64,000 bases of DNA from Azolla caroliniana (taxonomy: Eukaryota > Plantae > Polypodiophyta): positions 21,328,001 to 21,392,000 of the forward strand of contig JBHGNT010000001.1 in assembly GCA_043228905.1 (NCBI GenBank). The letters run 5' to 3'. This document shows, piece after piece, positions 42,582 through 56,143 of the stretch. The position numbers and the translations under genes are program-made. The notes below the pieces were generated by a model. That model saw only the letters and a list, made by a program, of their open reading frames with translations. It had not been told where the DNA came from and ran no database searches. Numbering within the stretch: the first letter of the stretch is position 1; every line of letters starts with the position of its first letter.

Positions 42582-45500
42582 TCTCTCTGTTGTGGAATAA
42601 TTTTGTTCAGCTTTTGAGAGTTTCTGGCTTGCGTAATATACCGGACAATACCACTTTGGTTCGGTAAGCTGCATGAGGACACTCCCGATTGCTATGGCTG
42701 ATGCTTCACGAACACATGAAAATCTTTCATCCAATCCAGAGGTTGTACTACTAGAGCTTGGGACAACATCACTTTCAACACTTGATACGCCTTCTCCTCT
42801 TGCGTTGTCCATTGAAAGGGTACGCGTTGCATGACTGCATGTAATGGAGTTGCGAAGTTTGCTAAGAGTATTGGAGCATCCGGCTGTGTCACCAGATCAG
42901 ACCTAAGAATCGGCTTAATGCTTTGACGTTGATCCGTGTTGGTGCTTGTAAGATGGCTTTCACCTTATCTGGGTCTACCGCAATTCCGTCTTTGTTGACG
43001 ATGTGTCCGAGTAGTGCCCCGCTTGTTACCCTGAAAACATATTTTGCCAGATTCAGGCTTAGTCGGTATCCTCAACACTTCTCCAAACACATCCGGAGAT
43101 GGTTCAGGTGTTCTTCCTTCCGGCTATACATTGCAAAATCATCCAAAAATACCTACATAAATGCCGCAATGTATTCTTTGAATATTTCCATGATAATCCT
43201 TTGGAACGTTGTTGATGTTGTCTTAGTCCGAACATCATGACTAATGTGACGACACTCCCACTCCGTGATGAATGCCATCTTTTCCTAGTCCGCCGGGTGC
43301 ATTTGAATTTGATTATACCCACTGAATCCATCCAAGAAACTATATACTTCGTGACTGGCCACTGCATCTAACACCCCATTCGTGAATGGTAGCAGGAACG
43401 TGTCCGTCGCCGTGGCGACATTCAACTTCCGCTAGTCAACACAAACTTGAATCTTTCTGTTTTTCTTCGGTATGACGACTATCAGACTGAGCCATGTCGC
43501 TTGTTTTACTGGTCGAATAAAACCGACCCTTAGCAACTTATCAATTTCTTCTTTGACTTTTGCCGCATAATTTGGGTTCATCCGGTAACGTCACTGCGCT
43601 ACCAGTTTCGCGTCCTTGTGGAGGTGGATCTAATGTTGGTATAGTTGGGGATCCAACCCTCGCATATCTTCGTATGACCAGGCAAACACATCTCGAAATT
43701 CTTTGAGAAGTTCAATCATTGCCATTTTCTCTTCCAGTGGCATTTCCTTCGCCACGTTAACTGGTTTCGGCGATTCACTGGTTCCGAGGTCCACCTCTTC
43801 TATCTAGGAGGCCTTTACTCTTTGAGATACGACCATTTCCCGCTGTAGTGATTCTTGCGCTTGCCACAGTTCCCCGATCACCTCTTGATCCGGTTCGTCA
43901 AATTTGCCTTCCCGGTGCGTGACGTATGACGTGACGGCTTCAGCTACATCTACTTCAAATAACAACACGATCTTAGGGTGCTCCTCTTGATATTGGTCAA
44001 TTTCGTCATTTGACAATCCATCCAACGTGTTGATGCTCTTCATGTATAGCGGCGTTATCTGCTTCATCGTGCTTGCCTGTTCTTGTGTCGGCACCTGCAC
44101 TTTAGTTTTCCCTCTCCGGAAGGTAATCACGTTTTTCTACCAGTTTTGCTTAATATGTGCCATCCGCAACCATGGTCTGCCTAATAACAGGGGCTATGCC
44201 CCCAATTAAGTTGCAAGACTACCGCGGAGATTCGGAATGTGTGCCCTCTGATTGTAATATCTAGGTTCCGGATGAGTTTGGTTGGACGGATCGAACTAGT
44301 ATCCACCATTCACAGCTAGAATGGGCATGATTCCCATTCTTTGATGCCCAGGGTATCGCATGTCCGTTGGTTGATTACGTTCACTCCGGAGTCTCCGTCC
44401 ACAATCGTTCCAGGTATCTCGCTCCCTTTGATAATTACTGTAATTTCCAAACTGCTTGTGTCACTACGGCTGGTCCTTCCTCCGGATTGGAAAAAAATGT
44501 TGGTGTTGGCTCCAAGTTTTGTGTTCTTAAAGTCGATTTTAGTCCTTCTGTAAATCGAGGGACTAACTGTAGTAGGTAGACTAGTGGCAACATGATCTGA
44601 CATTGTTGTAATGCTTGCCAGGTGGGGTCGTGGTCCGTGGTCCCGAGTGGTTCTTCTGGAGGCTTGAGCTATTCTTGTACTTCAACCGTGTTCTGTTCAT
44701 TTGCTTTTTGTATCCATTCTGTGGCCTGCTTCCTGATGGCTTCCTGGGTCTCCCACTCGGCCGCGTTTCGTTTGTATCTTGTGGTGACTTGTTGGACATT
44801 AGTAACTTTTGTAGTCACCATGTTTACCGTAGGCTGCTTATCATGGATTTGACCGGGCACTGGCTACTATAATGACCTTCCTTCCGGCAATAGTAGCAAT
44901 ACACCTTCCAGATGTTACTTGATTCTCTTTTTTCTGTATTTCTTGGCTGAATACCAGAAGACATCCGGTTATTATCTTCTGTCCTCCATTGCTCCGGTTG
45001 CGCAACAACCGTATTTGTATACGGCTCCCGTCGACACTCTCTGGCCGGTTCCCAACACTCTTCTCGGCGAAAATTTCCCCTTTGGTTGTTGCATGGGTGG
45101 TTCCAGTACCCCTGACATTCCGGGTACGTTCTAGGTACGCCCGTTGTACCGGGTACCTTTTGTCGTGTCGATCCTAATTTGGGTACACCCATCGTTCCAG
45201 GTATGTTCTGGGTCCATCTATCCTGATCTGGGTACGCTCATCATTCTAGGTACCTTCTGTCGTGTCTCCTTCGATCATAATCTAGGGAGTAGTCGCCATC
45301 GCAATGATCTCAGTTGTAGTCCTCTCTTCGCATGTCGTTGTGGTTTTGGTTGTAATCCTCTCGTCTTTTGTCGTCATACCGGTCACCGCGTTCTAGCTGG
45401 TATCATTCCTCTCTTCGGGACCGCTCCTCGTTCAGGGGCTCAATATGTCGGACTGGTGCCGCTTGCCGATTTAACAAATTATACTCACACCGGTCCGTAG

Positions 45501-46260
45501 TGTGTGATCAGGAGTGGCATAGCATGCAATGCGTTCTCATTGTGCATTCTAACGTGGAATGTCCACGGTTCAAGCACGTTGTGCATTGCACTACTTGGCA
45601 GAATAAAAAATCTTCCTCTTTAGGGAATGCTCATTGGAGGGATCCCATAAACATCACAATATTGTGCTTATCCATCTCCAAGACGCGGTCGATAACTTGA
45701 TCCATCGTACTGGTCCCGAAATCCAGTATCGTGCACATTGTTCAGAGGGGTTCCCAGAGTGCAGCAAAAAATACTGCCTTCGCCTCATCTTCCGGGGGCG
45801 CTCTAGTCAGCTGGCTGTGCAACATCTGGAATCAGATGATAAACTACGAAACCGTTTCATGCTGCTCCTGATAAGTCGTGTAGAATTGGCCGACCAGTTC
45901 TTTTTATTCTAAATGTCTGTGGAATAGTCGAAGGAATTTGGTCTTTAGGGCTTCAAATGTGGCCAAGCTGCCGGGAAGATGCTTTGCATGCCACCATGCT
46001 GCTAGTCCTTCCAATGTCATACCGAACTCTGCGATCTTGGAACGTTCGACTTCTACGTCTATCAATCGTTGCGAGATATGGTTAGCTTCCCATGTCCACA
46101 AGAAGGCATGCACGTGTGCCTCCGTATTGGGGTCATCTTGGTACTTTGGGTATGGGTACGACATGGTGTCTTCTTCTAAAGGTTGCATTGGGGGTGGCAT
46201 CGGTACCCGATCTTCTGTGTGCTTCAACTACTTGTCCGGTGATGGCATCAGTCTAGTCAT
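42582..46260 (-). pseudogene. Gypsy A gag-PR-RT-RNase H, decayed
   Basis: Colinear with D gag-pol (YPYPKY, EFGMTLEG, CYYCRKEGHY, IVDGDSG, FLDD); N-terminal Gag region shorter. Confidence 0.93.
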
Positions 46261-46299
46261 CCAACACTGCACTCTGTAGGAATCGTGGTCTTCAAACTG

Positions 46300-46773
46300 T
46301 GTTTATCCTGGGCTAGGCTAGCCACAAACACAGGGTGTCCTTCTAGACCACTTCACCAAAAGGGTGGTTACGGGTAGGATGTTAATTGGCACAAATATGA
46401 TTCTAATATGACAATTTCCATATCAGTTCCGGATTCTCCATATAACAACGATTAATTAACATGCGTTAGATATACAAATTAAGCACAAACAGTAAGTAGA
46501 CAAGATATACAATACTCAAATCCCAAAACAAACTTATATTACTTCTGTCATTCATTACATTGATTCCTAGATCCTTTTATAGGCCTCTAGTTTGAAGTAC
46601 AAAACGGTGCCATACCAACAACCAGCTATGAATTGGTCCAGATCCGGATCAGTGCAACTATTCTAGATCCGTCCGTTCCTATAGTATTTCTAAATAATTA
46701 TTAATCTAATATAATATCTGACTCCGACTCATCCCTTTCCACATTTGTCCTATGGACCATACTCTGGCCAACA
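46300..46773 (-). repeat. 5' LTR of Gypsy A
   Basis: Matches 1078-1494; related to the D LTR. Confidence 0.92.
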
Positions 46774-47615
46774 TTGCATGCTCGGAAAAAGAACATAGAA
46801 GTGCATTATCACTTTGTGTGTGAGCGGGTCCTAAGCAGTGAAGTCGAACTCCGATATGTCTGGAAGGATCTATATGTTGCCAATATCTTCACCAAGGCCC
46901 TTGGAACTGACAAGTTGCAACATTTTTCGGAGATGCTTGGTCTTCAGTATCTCGACATGCCGCACTTGAGGGGGAGAACCAGTACTAGTACGGGGAGAAC
47001 CAGAACATAAACCAATTGTAATGGCACCAGACAAGGAGTTGGAGAGAAGGAAACCGAAACAAGGGGAGACAAGAAGAAAAAGGGAGCCAAGTCAACTTAA
47101 GAAGTCGGCACATTCGAACAAGTCAGAACAAGCGGAGATGGTGGCAAAGTCAAGAAGCACAGAGCCGACCAGAAGAAAAAGGCCAAGACCCGGATGTGGT
47201 CTGATGTTGTGAAGGGCCTGAAGATTGAGGATGAATTGGAGACAACCAATTCAGATAAGAGCTAGAATGAATTGGAGGCACCCGATTCATGAGAGATGTT
47301 TGATTTGGAGGAGTTGGATTTACTGAAGCCCAAACGGACGAGGAGGCAACGGAAGTCGACATTGACACGGAGGAACCAACGGAGTCACAACAATGAAGGA
47401 GCTGAGACGAGCCTTATGAGCAGACAAGCCGACCGAGAAGGTCGAGGTGTGTGGGACCCGAAGGGTCGTGGAAAGCAGAACCGGATGGGTCTACGAGCGC
47501 AAGCATGGTGAGAAGAAGCCGACTGCAAGGTTCAGCAGAGACTAACTTAGTGATCCGACCTCAAGTTGAGCTTGAGGGGGAGTGTTGAGCGGACAAGCCC
47601 ACCCGAATCCGGATC

Positions 47616-47690
47616 GGTATCTGAAACGGAGAACCGGATAGGTATTCGAAACGGAGAACCGGATAGGTATTCGAAACCAAGAACCGGATT
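47616..47690. repeat. 25-bp tandem repeat x3 in the Copia O 3' LTR
   Basis: GGTATTCGAAACGGAGAACCGGATA-type units. Confidence 0.8.
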
Positions 47691-49258
47691 AGAGAGACAA
47701 ATTGGATTGTAACCGGTAGGCTGTTAGAGGCCTACAATCTTTGCCTAGTACATGGGCATATTCCTTGGAGTTAGTGTCAGTCGCTCGCATGAGCATTGAA
47801 GTACTTGTCAGTCCTTTAAGGACTGTTGAGAAATGAATTGATAATCCACACGAAGAATACGTTGAGAATACACAATTTGAAACACACACAAAACAATGCA
47901 CACAGATTTTACTTGGAAACCCTGAACAAGGAAAAAAAAACATGGGAACAGAGCTTCACTATACAATGGATATACAAATGGAGAAGTTTACAACACTCTA
48001 TGTGGGGTGTATTACCCTCACATGGCTCTTGGCGCCTGTTGCTACACACACAACTATGGCGCCACTCTCTCATCAATCTTCCTCTCTCTTGCACGCGCTT
48101 CACTATTCGACACTATACACATCACACTATTCACTTACGCTCTACGTTTGCCCTAGATGTATTTATACTCACACATCATATGGGCTATTTACAAGTGTAG
48201 CCCCTACTACACATCACTACTATTATTATCTATAATAGTAAGTAGCAATCAACCGACTCTAGTGTCAAATGTCCAGTCGGTCCGACTAGTCGGCTTGGTC
48301 ATTGACCATCCGGTTGGCCCGACTAGTCGGTCGTGTCTTGGACCTGGATCTCCTTCTTGTCGACTCACCTAGTCGACTTTCTCGCAATCGACTATTCAAC
48401 CATCAATACTTGGTGCGAATAGTCGGATCCTCCTTGTCTTTGACTGTCAGCACTTCTTGGCCCAAACAGTCGGCTCCCACTGGAGGGACATATTTCCAAC
48501 AAACTCCCCCTTCACTCCAGTGAGTCTTGTCTTCTATCAACAGACTCAGAGTCTGTACATTGGTAGGTTCTTCGTCAACATGTCGGATCCATTGTCGTCG
48601 GTATGTATCCTCATGAGGGAAAACTCTCCTTCATCTACCTTCTCTCGCAACCAGTGATACCTCCTTTGTATATGCTTGGTCTGAGAGTGGTATGTAGTGT
48701 TCTTTGCAAGATGTATGGCACTCTGATTATCAAAGTGGAGCAAGAATTCTTCTTGCTTCATCCCGAGTTCACCGAGGAAACTCTTCATCCAAATTAGCTC
48801 CTTGCCGGCCTCTACTGCTGCCATATACTCTGACTTTGTGGTCGACAAGGGCACCGACTTTTGCAGTCGTGACTACCACGACACTACTCCCCCTACATAG
48901 GTCATCACGTACCCTAATGTGGATCGGCCCGAGTCTGCATCCCTTGACATGTTCGAATCGGTAAATCCTTCGAGCATGGGTTTTCCGACACCATACCTTA
49001 GGCATACCCCGAGACGCCTTTTAAGTACTTGAGTATCCACTTCACTGTTGCCTAGTGTTCTCGTCTTGGATTACTCATATATCGGCTTACTGTTCCCACA
49101 AAAAATGCTATGTCTCATCTCATGCAGACCATAGCGTACATTAAACTGCCGATGGTACTTTCTTCATGTCAGGCTTTTCTTTCTCCCCTCTCGGGCATTA
49201 GTGTGAAGTCAATTTTTGCTCATAGAAAAGACCCTGACAAATACATTAGATGCGAAGG

Positions 49259-52200
49259 TATAGAAGAATAAAGCACAATGTGAAAGTGTTAGGAAATGAA
49301 GTTTGTGGTGATTGCAATGCAGCGGAAGGTGAACGTAGGTGTGTGTATGTGTAACAGTAGAGAGAGAGAGAGAGAGAGATAGAGAGAGAGATAGATAGAT
49401 TATATTATCGTCTTTGGAGGTCAAATATGACCTATGAGACCAAAAATATTACATTTCACGTGATACGTGTGAAAGTGAGTAGTGACTCTCGATGTTCAAG
49501 AACTTTACCAATGAATGTTGCAATCGAGAGTGCACATTGTGGTTGTGAGAGGAATTCATGCAAAGATTGGGCTCGATCGAAGAGATGTGGAAAGCATGGT
49601 CGAATATGATCAAAGGTAGAGCATTGTATCAAAGTGTGATACTCAGACTCGCGAACTTGTTTAGGGCAAAGTGTGCATAGCCGACCACTCTCATCACTTG
49701 TACCCCAATGCCCTGTTTCACATCGCAATGCATGTGAGCTAAGTCGCATGGAAGCAATGGTTCGAATGGCAGATAACGATATGGGCTCTAACATGTATGG
49801 ATGTGTATGATTTCCCCGTTCCGCAAAGAATATGGTTTTGTAGTTAGGTGCAACATGTGTAGTATAATGTGTGAAGCGTGAGCCTCCACATTTGTCCCAT
49901 GTCATGATACATTGGCGTTGCAAAAAGGCCTCATTACAGAGGAATCTAATGATGCATCATGAAGCAAGTGTCTCACATCCCATCTACCAAACCATTTTTC
50001 TATATCTTGCATCCAACTAGAACACAAAATTTTGCTTTTATGCGTCTTTTGGATCTTTTTGCTTGCTTCCCACGCAATTCTAGGAAGTCGATGTGAGGGA
50101 CTTTTTTGAACCTTAAGCATGTATTCAACAACCCTTTCCATGGCCATGATCTCAATGGGAAGCGATCTCGTCTCAAGGAGGAGGAGGGTGTAGGGCGTTT
50201 GTTTCTTAACTTGTAGAAACTTGGTAAGAAAATGCTTTTGGGCATTTTCAAACTCTTTCCACATAAATTTAGGGATGCTACTGCCCCATACTTCCACCCC
50301 ATAGAGAAGAACCGGTGTCACCAAAGTGTCGAAAAGATATTTCTTGAGGACCCAACACTTAATATCTCCAAGATTGCATGTGTTCTCAAATGCATAGTAT
50401 GCTCGCTTGCCCGCCTCTAAGCGGCATGTAACACATTCATTCCATCTATGATTTGAAGGAACTTCAAGGCCAAGATATTTGAAGCTTTCCACACATTCAA
50501 GTGGCTCATTGTTGTACATAATGCATGGTTTATCTCTTTTTTGGCTCTTCACAAGCATAATCTTTGTTTTAGAGCTATTGACACTTAATTTAGTATGCAT
50601 GCAAAATTTTTCCAATGCCTTCATAAGCTTTTGTGATCTCCTAAAGTATTTGCAAAAAGCACTACATCATCTGCATATAGCAAAAGCATAATCACAACAT
50701 TCCCAATGGCAACTTCTTCAACACATTCTTCCTTTGCAAACTCGGTAACCATTTCTTCCAATTCATCAATGCATAGACCAAATAGTGTTGGTGAGAGTGG
50801 GCATCCTTGCTTAACACCAATAGTGCTTTTGAAAAAATCTGAAAGTTTATCCCTCATGCGCACACAACATATAACCTTCTCATAAATTCGGGAAATTGCA
50901 AGCATATATTCACTTGGCACCTCAAGTTCTTCCATTCGCCTCCAAAGATGCTCACGAGGTACCATATCAAAAGCTTTCTTGAAGTCTACAAAGCAACAAT
51001 ATAAACCTTTACCTCTAAGGCGACTTTCCTCCATTATTACTCGAAGGGTGATAAGGTGATCAATGGTGCTATGGTGTTTCCGAAAGCCAACTTGTCCATA
51101 AGCTCTCTTACCACTTTTTTCAGCCCATACACTTATCTTTGATTCCATTATACATCCAAATAGTTTTGCCATTAATGAGCTAACCATGATGGTTCGATAG
51201 TTGTTTACATTATTTATATCTCCACCTTTATGTAAAGGTTTGATCCAATTTGTATTCCAATTGTACGGTATACCATGTTGCAATGCATCATTAAACATAT
51301 CGCTTATCCATATATGTGCTTCCTTTCCCGTCCATTTGAGCATTTCAGCCTTTATACATTGAAGATCGCTTGCCTTTCAAGAGGCCAATTTCTTAAGTCC
51401 TATGCATATATCTTCAATTGTAAAGAAGGGAGGCATATGTGAAAGAGAACCATAACACATCATCTTTCCGGCAAGAGATAACTCATATCAATTCTTACAA
51501 TGCATAGAAAAGTCATGAAGAGTTAAGTCACCATAACTCTCAACACGTTTTCCCTTTAGATTTCCCCAAAATTTAGCACATGCATGTGCTTTCTCTTGCG
51601 TTTGGATAAATTGTTGAGTAACTTCCCATATTCTTCTCTTTCTTTGAATAAGCCTTTTATACTCATGCAAATGCTTTTGGTAATTCTCTTTATCCTTAAC
51701 TACATCCGAGAGAGATAGACAAGAGCGTATATTATATTAACGAAACAAAATACATCCAACATTAACTAAGTTACAATGAGTTGGTTTATATACCAACTAA
51801 GCTAGGGCAAGCGCCCTTTCTACTATTTACAAAGCTAGCCTGGAATGTCCATGAGCTTTGTAAATAGTGAACCTATCTATGGGAAGTTGAGTTCGATTCT
51901 CAACACGCCCCTTCGAACACAACTTCCATCTATCGGAAAGTCGTTCGGTTCGTACTTTGACTTGTCTAGTCGGCTATGTTGCGTATTGCGTAGCCTATCC
52001 GTGCTGCGTCTGCGTACTCCCCCTCAAGCTCGGCAATGTGGACGACGTGAGACCAAGATCCAATGCAAATTGCCCGAGCTTGTCGATGCCTAAGGCCTTT
52101 GTAAAGATATCAACGACTTGTAGGTGCGTGCTGATGTGTTGGAGGTCAATTTCTCCGGCTTGAACGTGCTCGCGGATGAAGTGGTAGTGCACTTCGATGT

Positions 52201-55200
52201 GTTTAGTCCACGCGTGAAATACGGGGTTACGCGCGAGGTAGATACTACTCATGCTGTCACAGTACAGGAATATTGGATCTTTGATGGGTAGACCAAAATC
52301 TTTTAGTATATGCTTAAGCCATACAACTTCGCATGCGGCAACTGCCGCGCCCTTGTATTCGGCTTCCGTGCTCGATAATGCGACTATTGGCTATTTCTTG
52401 CTGCTCTAGGAGATCGCTCCCCTGCCGAGGGAGAAGACGAATCTGGATGTGGATTGTCTATCCGCTTTGTATCCTGCCCAGTCCGCGTCTGTGTACCCTT
52501 CAAGTCAAATGGTCATATTTGACTTATACAAGATGCCATAATCCACAGTTGTGCTGACATACCATCATATCCTCTTAGCGCAATCGAGGTGAAGGTTTCT
52601 TGGATTCTGCATGAATTGGCTAAGTAGGCTGACCGAATAACTGAGGTCCGGTTGCGTAATGGTTAGGTAGATTAGACTGCCAATCAGTTGACGATACTGA
52701 GTCGACTCATTCGCGGTCGTGCCAGAGTTGGCATCAATCTTGAGATTATGTTTAAGAGGGGTCGTCACAGGTTTGCACTCTGTCATTCCGAACTTGTAGA
52801 GTAAGTTGAAAATGTAGTGCCGTTGTGAGATCATGATCCCAACTGGTGTTCGAATTACTTCAATACCTAGAAAGTAATGAAGTTCGTGCAGGTCCTTCAT
52901 TTCGAATCTATTGGAATGGAGTGATTTAACTTCGTTAATCTCGACGAGATTCTTTCCTCCGATAACTAGGTCATCCACGTATAGAATGATGACTATCGGG
53001 CTATCCAATTCATTTCGGATGTACAGAGATGTATCATATTTTGACATCCGAAATCCAACTTGGTGAAGATACTGCGTGATCTTCGAGTGGCAAGCACACG
53101 GTGCTTGTTTGAGGCCGTAGAGTGGCTTCTTGAGTCGGCATACGGCGTGCGAATGATTACATGATTCGAATCCGGGTGGTTGTGACATATACACCTCTTC
53201 TTCTAGCTCTCCTTGGAGGAAAACATTTTTCACATCCATCTGATGGAGGTGCCACCCTTTTGCTGTTGCTAGCGTGATTACGGTCCGTATTGTCGTCATC
53301 TTTGCCACCGGGGCAAAGGTTTCTTCGTAGTCTACACCGTGTGTCTGTGCGTAGCCTTTTGCAACGAGCCGTGCTTTGAAGCGATTTATGGAACCATCGG
53401 CATTGTGCTTCACCTTGTAAATCCACCTGCAACCAATTGGTTTCTTGTTCGGGGGGTGAGGAACGAGATCCCATGTCTCGTTTTTGCATAACGCTTCCAT
53501 CTCCTCATTTATTGTGTTGACCCATCGTGGGTCCTTTGCGGCTTCGGAAAGCATTTCCGGTTCCCGCACTCACGCTACCTTCATCATGAATGCGTAATGT
53601 ACTCGTCATAGCTGAGCGGTTTACAGGGTTCTTCTCGCGTGTGGATCGGCGTGGCTTGTCATTTGCGGATTCTAGGGGTTTCTTCACGCCATCCGTGTGG
53701 ATATCAAGGCCATCGAACTCACTGTCGAGATCGAAATGATCTTCATACTCTTGCATTTTTGCCTTGCCTTTGTCCAGCTTCGGACTCGGCCAAGATGTGC
53801 TTTCATCGCTCGCGGCTCTGATGGCCCACTCAGCCATGTCGTAATTTGGATGTCTTCTAACATCTGTGTGAGTCGACCCTCAACTTCTATTTCTATTTCA
53901 GTATCATCCGCGTCGAGCGGGGTTGGAGTCGAAGTGTTCTCTGGTGCGTACCAGGATGCGTATTCGTCGATGACTACGTCTCGACTTGTTTGAACCTTAC
54001 GGGTAGATGGGTTGTAGCATTTGTACCCCTTCTGTTCGAGTGAGTATCCTACGAGGATATATTTCTCCGACTTTGGGTCAAGATTTTGCCATGTATTGTC
54101 GGGAATATGTACGTAGGCGATGGAACCGAAAATGCGGACATGTGACAAGTCCGACTTCTTTCCGAAGAACTTCTCATGCAGAGTTATATCATGTACTCCT
54201 GAGGTTGTGCACCTGTTCATGAGATATACGGCCATATTTGCTGCTTCTTCCTAGTACGATTTCAGCAGGTTCTTCTCATTCATCATGGCTCGTGCGACTT
54301 CTACTATGTGGCAGTTTTTACGCTCAGCTACACCGTTTTGCTGAGTTGTATGTCGACACAAGAACTCTCGTCGGATTCCATCTGATCGAAGGTAGCGTAA
54401 ATGCCGGCCCATGGCTTTTTCCACTTCGGCTTTGAACTTTTGGAAGTGGTCGAACACTTCACTCTTTTGCTTGATCGGATAAATCCAGGTATTTCTAGAG
54501 AAGTCGTCAATGAACGTGACATAGTAATGGCATCTGCCGAAAGTAGTTGTTTGGGCTGGTCCCCACACATCTAAATGTATGACATCTAAGATCCCTTTGC
54601 TTACATTCCGCTCCTTTGGGAATGGATGGCGTCGTTGTTTTTCGAATTGGCATGCTTCGCACACGCCCGTGATCTCCTTTGCCGTAAAGTTCGGGAGTCC
54701 GATTACGACTCCTTTTGTCTACATGTTCTGAAGCTTCTAGAGATTGATGTGGCCGATTATCTTGTGCCACAATTTTAAATCGGTTTTAATTTTCTGGCCT
54801 TTTGCGTACATAGCTGACTTTACTTCGCTCGACTCGAGGATGAACATACAACCTTCTTGTCTGTCGTGAGCTACAATTTGATTGCCTTTTTCAATGAAGC
54901 ACCCATCGTTGTTGAAGCGTACTTGCATTCCTTGTTCTACAATCTGGCTGACCGAGACCAGATTTTTCGTGATGGTGGGAACATGCAGTACGTTCTTGAG
55001 GTAGGTCTGTTCGTCATCGTTTCCGAATGGGACATTCCCGATATGCTGTATTGGATGAGTCGTATCATCACCTGTTTCGACATATCTGGGACGTTCGAGC
55101 TTCCGTAATTCCCAGAACCAATCTTCATGGGAAGTCATGTGATTGGAAGCTCCCGATTCGACAAACCATACACTATTAGGAGTGAAGGCGCTGGTTGTCG

Positions 55201-56143
55201 CAAATGCAGACATCTAGTGTGCTTCGTGCTTCATTATGAACATTCCACCACGGTTGCCGTAGTCGGAGTTCGTGAGTTGTCGGCTTGCCTCACGTTTCTT
55301 CTTCCAACACTCTTCTTCGTAGTTGCCGGGTTTTCCACAGTACCCACACTTGACTGGGTTTCGGCGATTGCTTGGTCCGGCGTTATGAATCCTCCTTCCG
55401 CCAAGCTCTTTGGGCCCGTTCCTGTCCGCTTGCCACTGGTGGGAGTTACGCCCTTGATTCCGCCGATCATTATGGCCTTGTCTGAAACGACTTCTGTTTC
55501 CACGGACGAAATCTCTTCTATTATACGACTAAGAGTAGAGCAAATGACCATCTGATGCGTTGCTCCTCTATCGGGCATGATTCTCTTCGACCAACAATAT
55601 CAATTGAAGGTCAAAGAAGGAGGGAGGGTTCTCCCTTGCAAGAATGGCTGATCAAATCATGCCGAAATGCGGTGCTAAGCCTCTGAGGCATATTTGCACC
55701 AGTTCGTCATCATCAATGACGACGTTGATCGATCCAAGGGCGTCACATAGCTCCTTGATCTTCAAGGTATAGCTTGAGATTGACATGTCCCTCTGTTGGA
55801 TGCTATTAAGCTCCTAACGAAGTTGGAGCTTGCGTGCGGCCGTGTTGGTTGTGAAAATCTTTTTGAGATTTTCCCACGCCTGCTTCGGCATTTTTGCCTC
55901 TTGAATGTAGCCAAGCATATAATCATGAACGCATGATGCTAGACAATACAACACACGGCTTGTGGCCTGCTCCCAAGCGGGATAGTCGGCGTGTGTGGGG
56001 TTGGGGTGTGGTTCATGAGCTCCTTCAATGTAGCTCTAGTAGCCTTGTCCGAAAAAATATTGATGCATCTTGTATTCCCAAGATGCGAATTTCGTTCTGT
56101 CAAGCTTCTCGGTAGGAAGAGTGCTTCCCATTTGAGTATTCAT
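49259..56143 (-). mobile_element. Copia G (relative of E and O), 5' LTR and PBS absent; 3' LTR split by the LINE
   Basis: gag MGSTLPTEKLD, PR, INT, RT (52565-53569), RNase H; LTR pieces at ~49259-49360 and ~51708-51905, the end resembling E's ATTCTTCTACA. Confidence 0.8.
49359..51707 (-). mobile_element. 5'-truncated non-LTR retrotransposon (RTE/RTEX-like LINE) with (TC)n tail
   Basis: FVDFKKAFD, GVKQGCPLSP, YADD, FKYLG, C-terminal CTLC...H...C finger; ORF broken into 50621-51343, 49902-50624 and 49456-49923. Confidence 0.9.

Larger units (their letters stand above)
1078..46773 (-). mobile_element. Gypsy A (non-chromovirus, Tat/Athila-related, with ORF2), decayed; hosts B, C, D, E and solo LTRs
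   Basis: Homologous LTRs at 1078-1494 and 46300-46773; TSD TTCCA (1073-1077)/TTGCA (46774-46778); mutated PBS TGAAGACCACG on the minus strand at 46284-46294. Confidence 0.92.
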
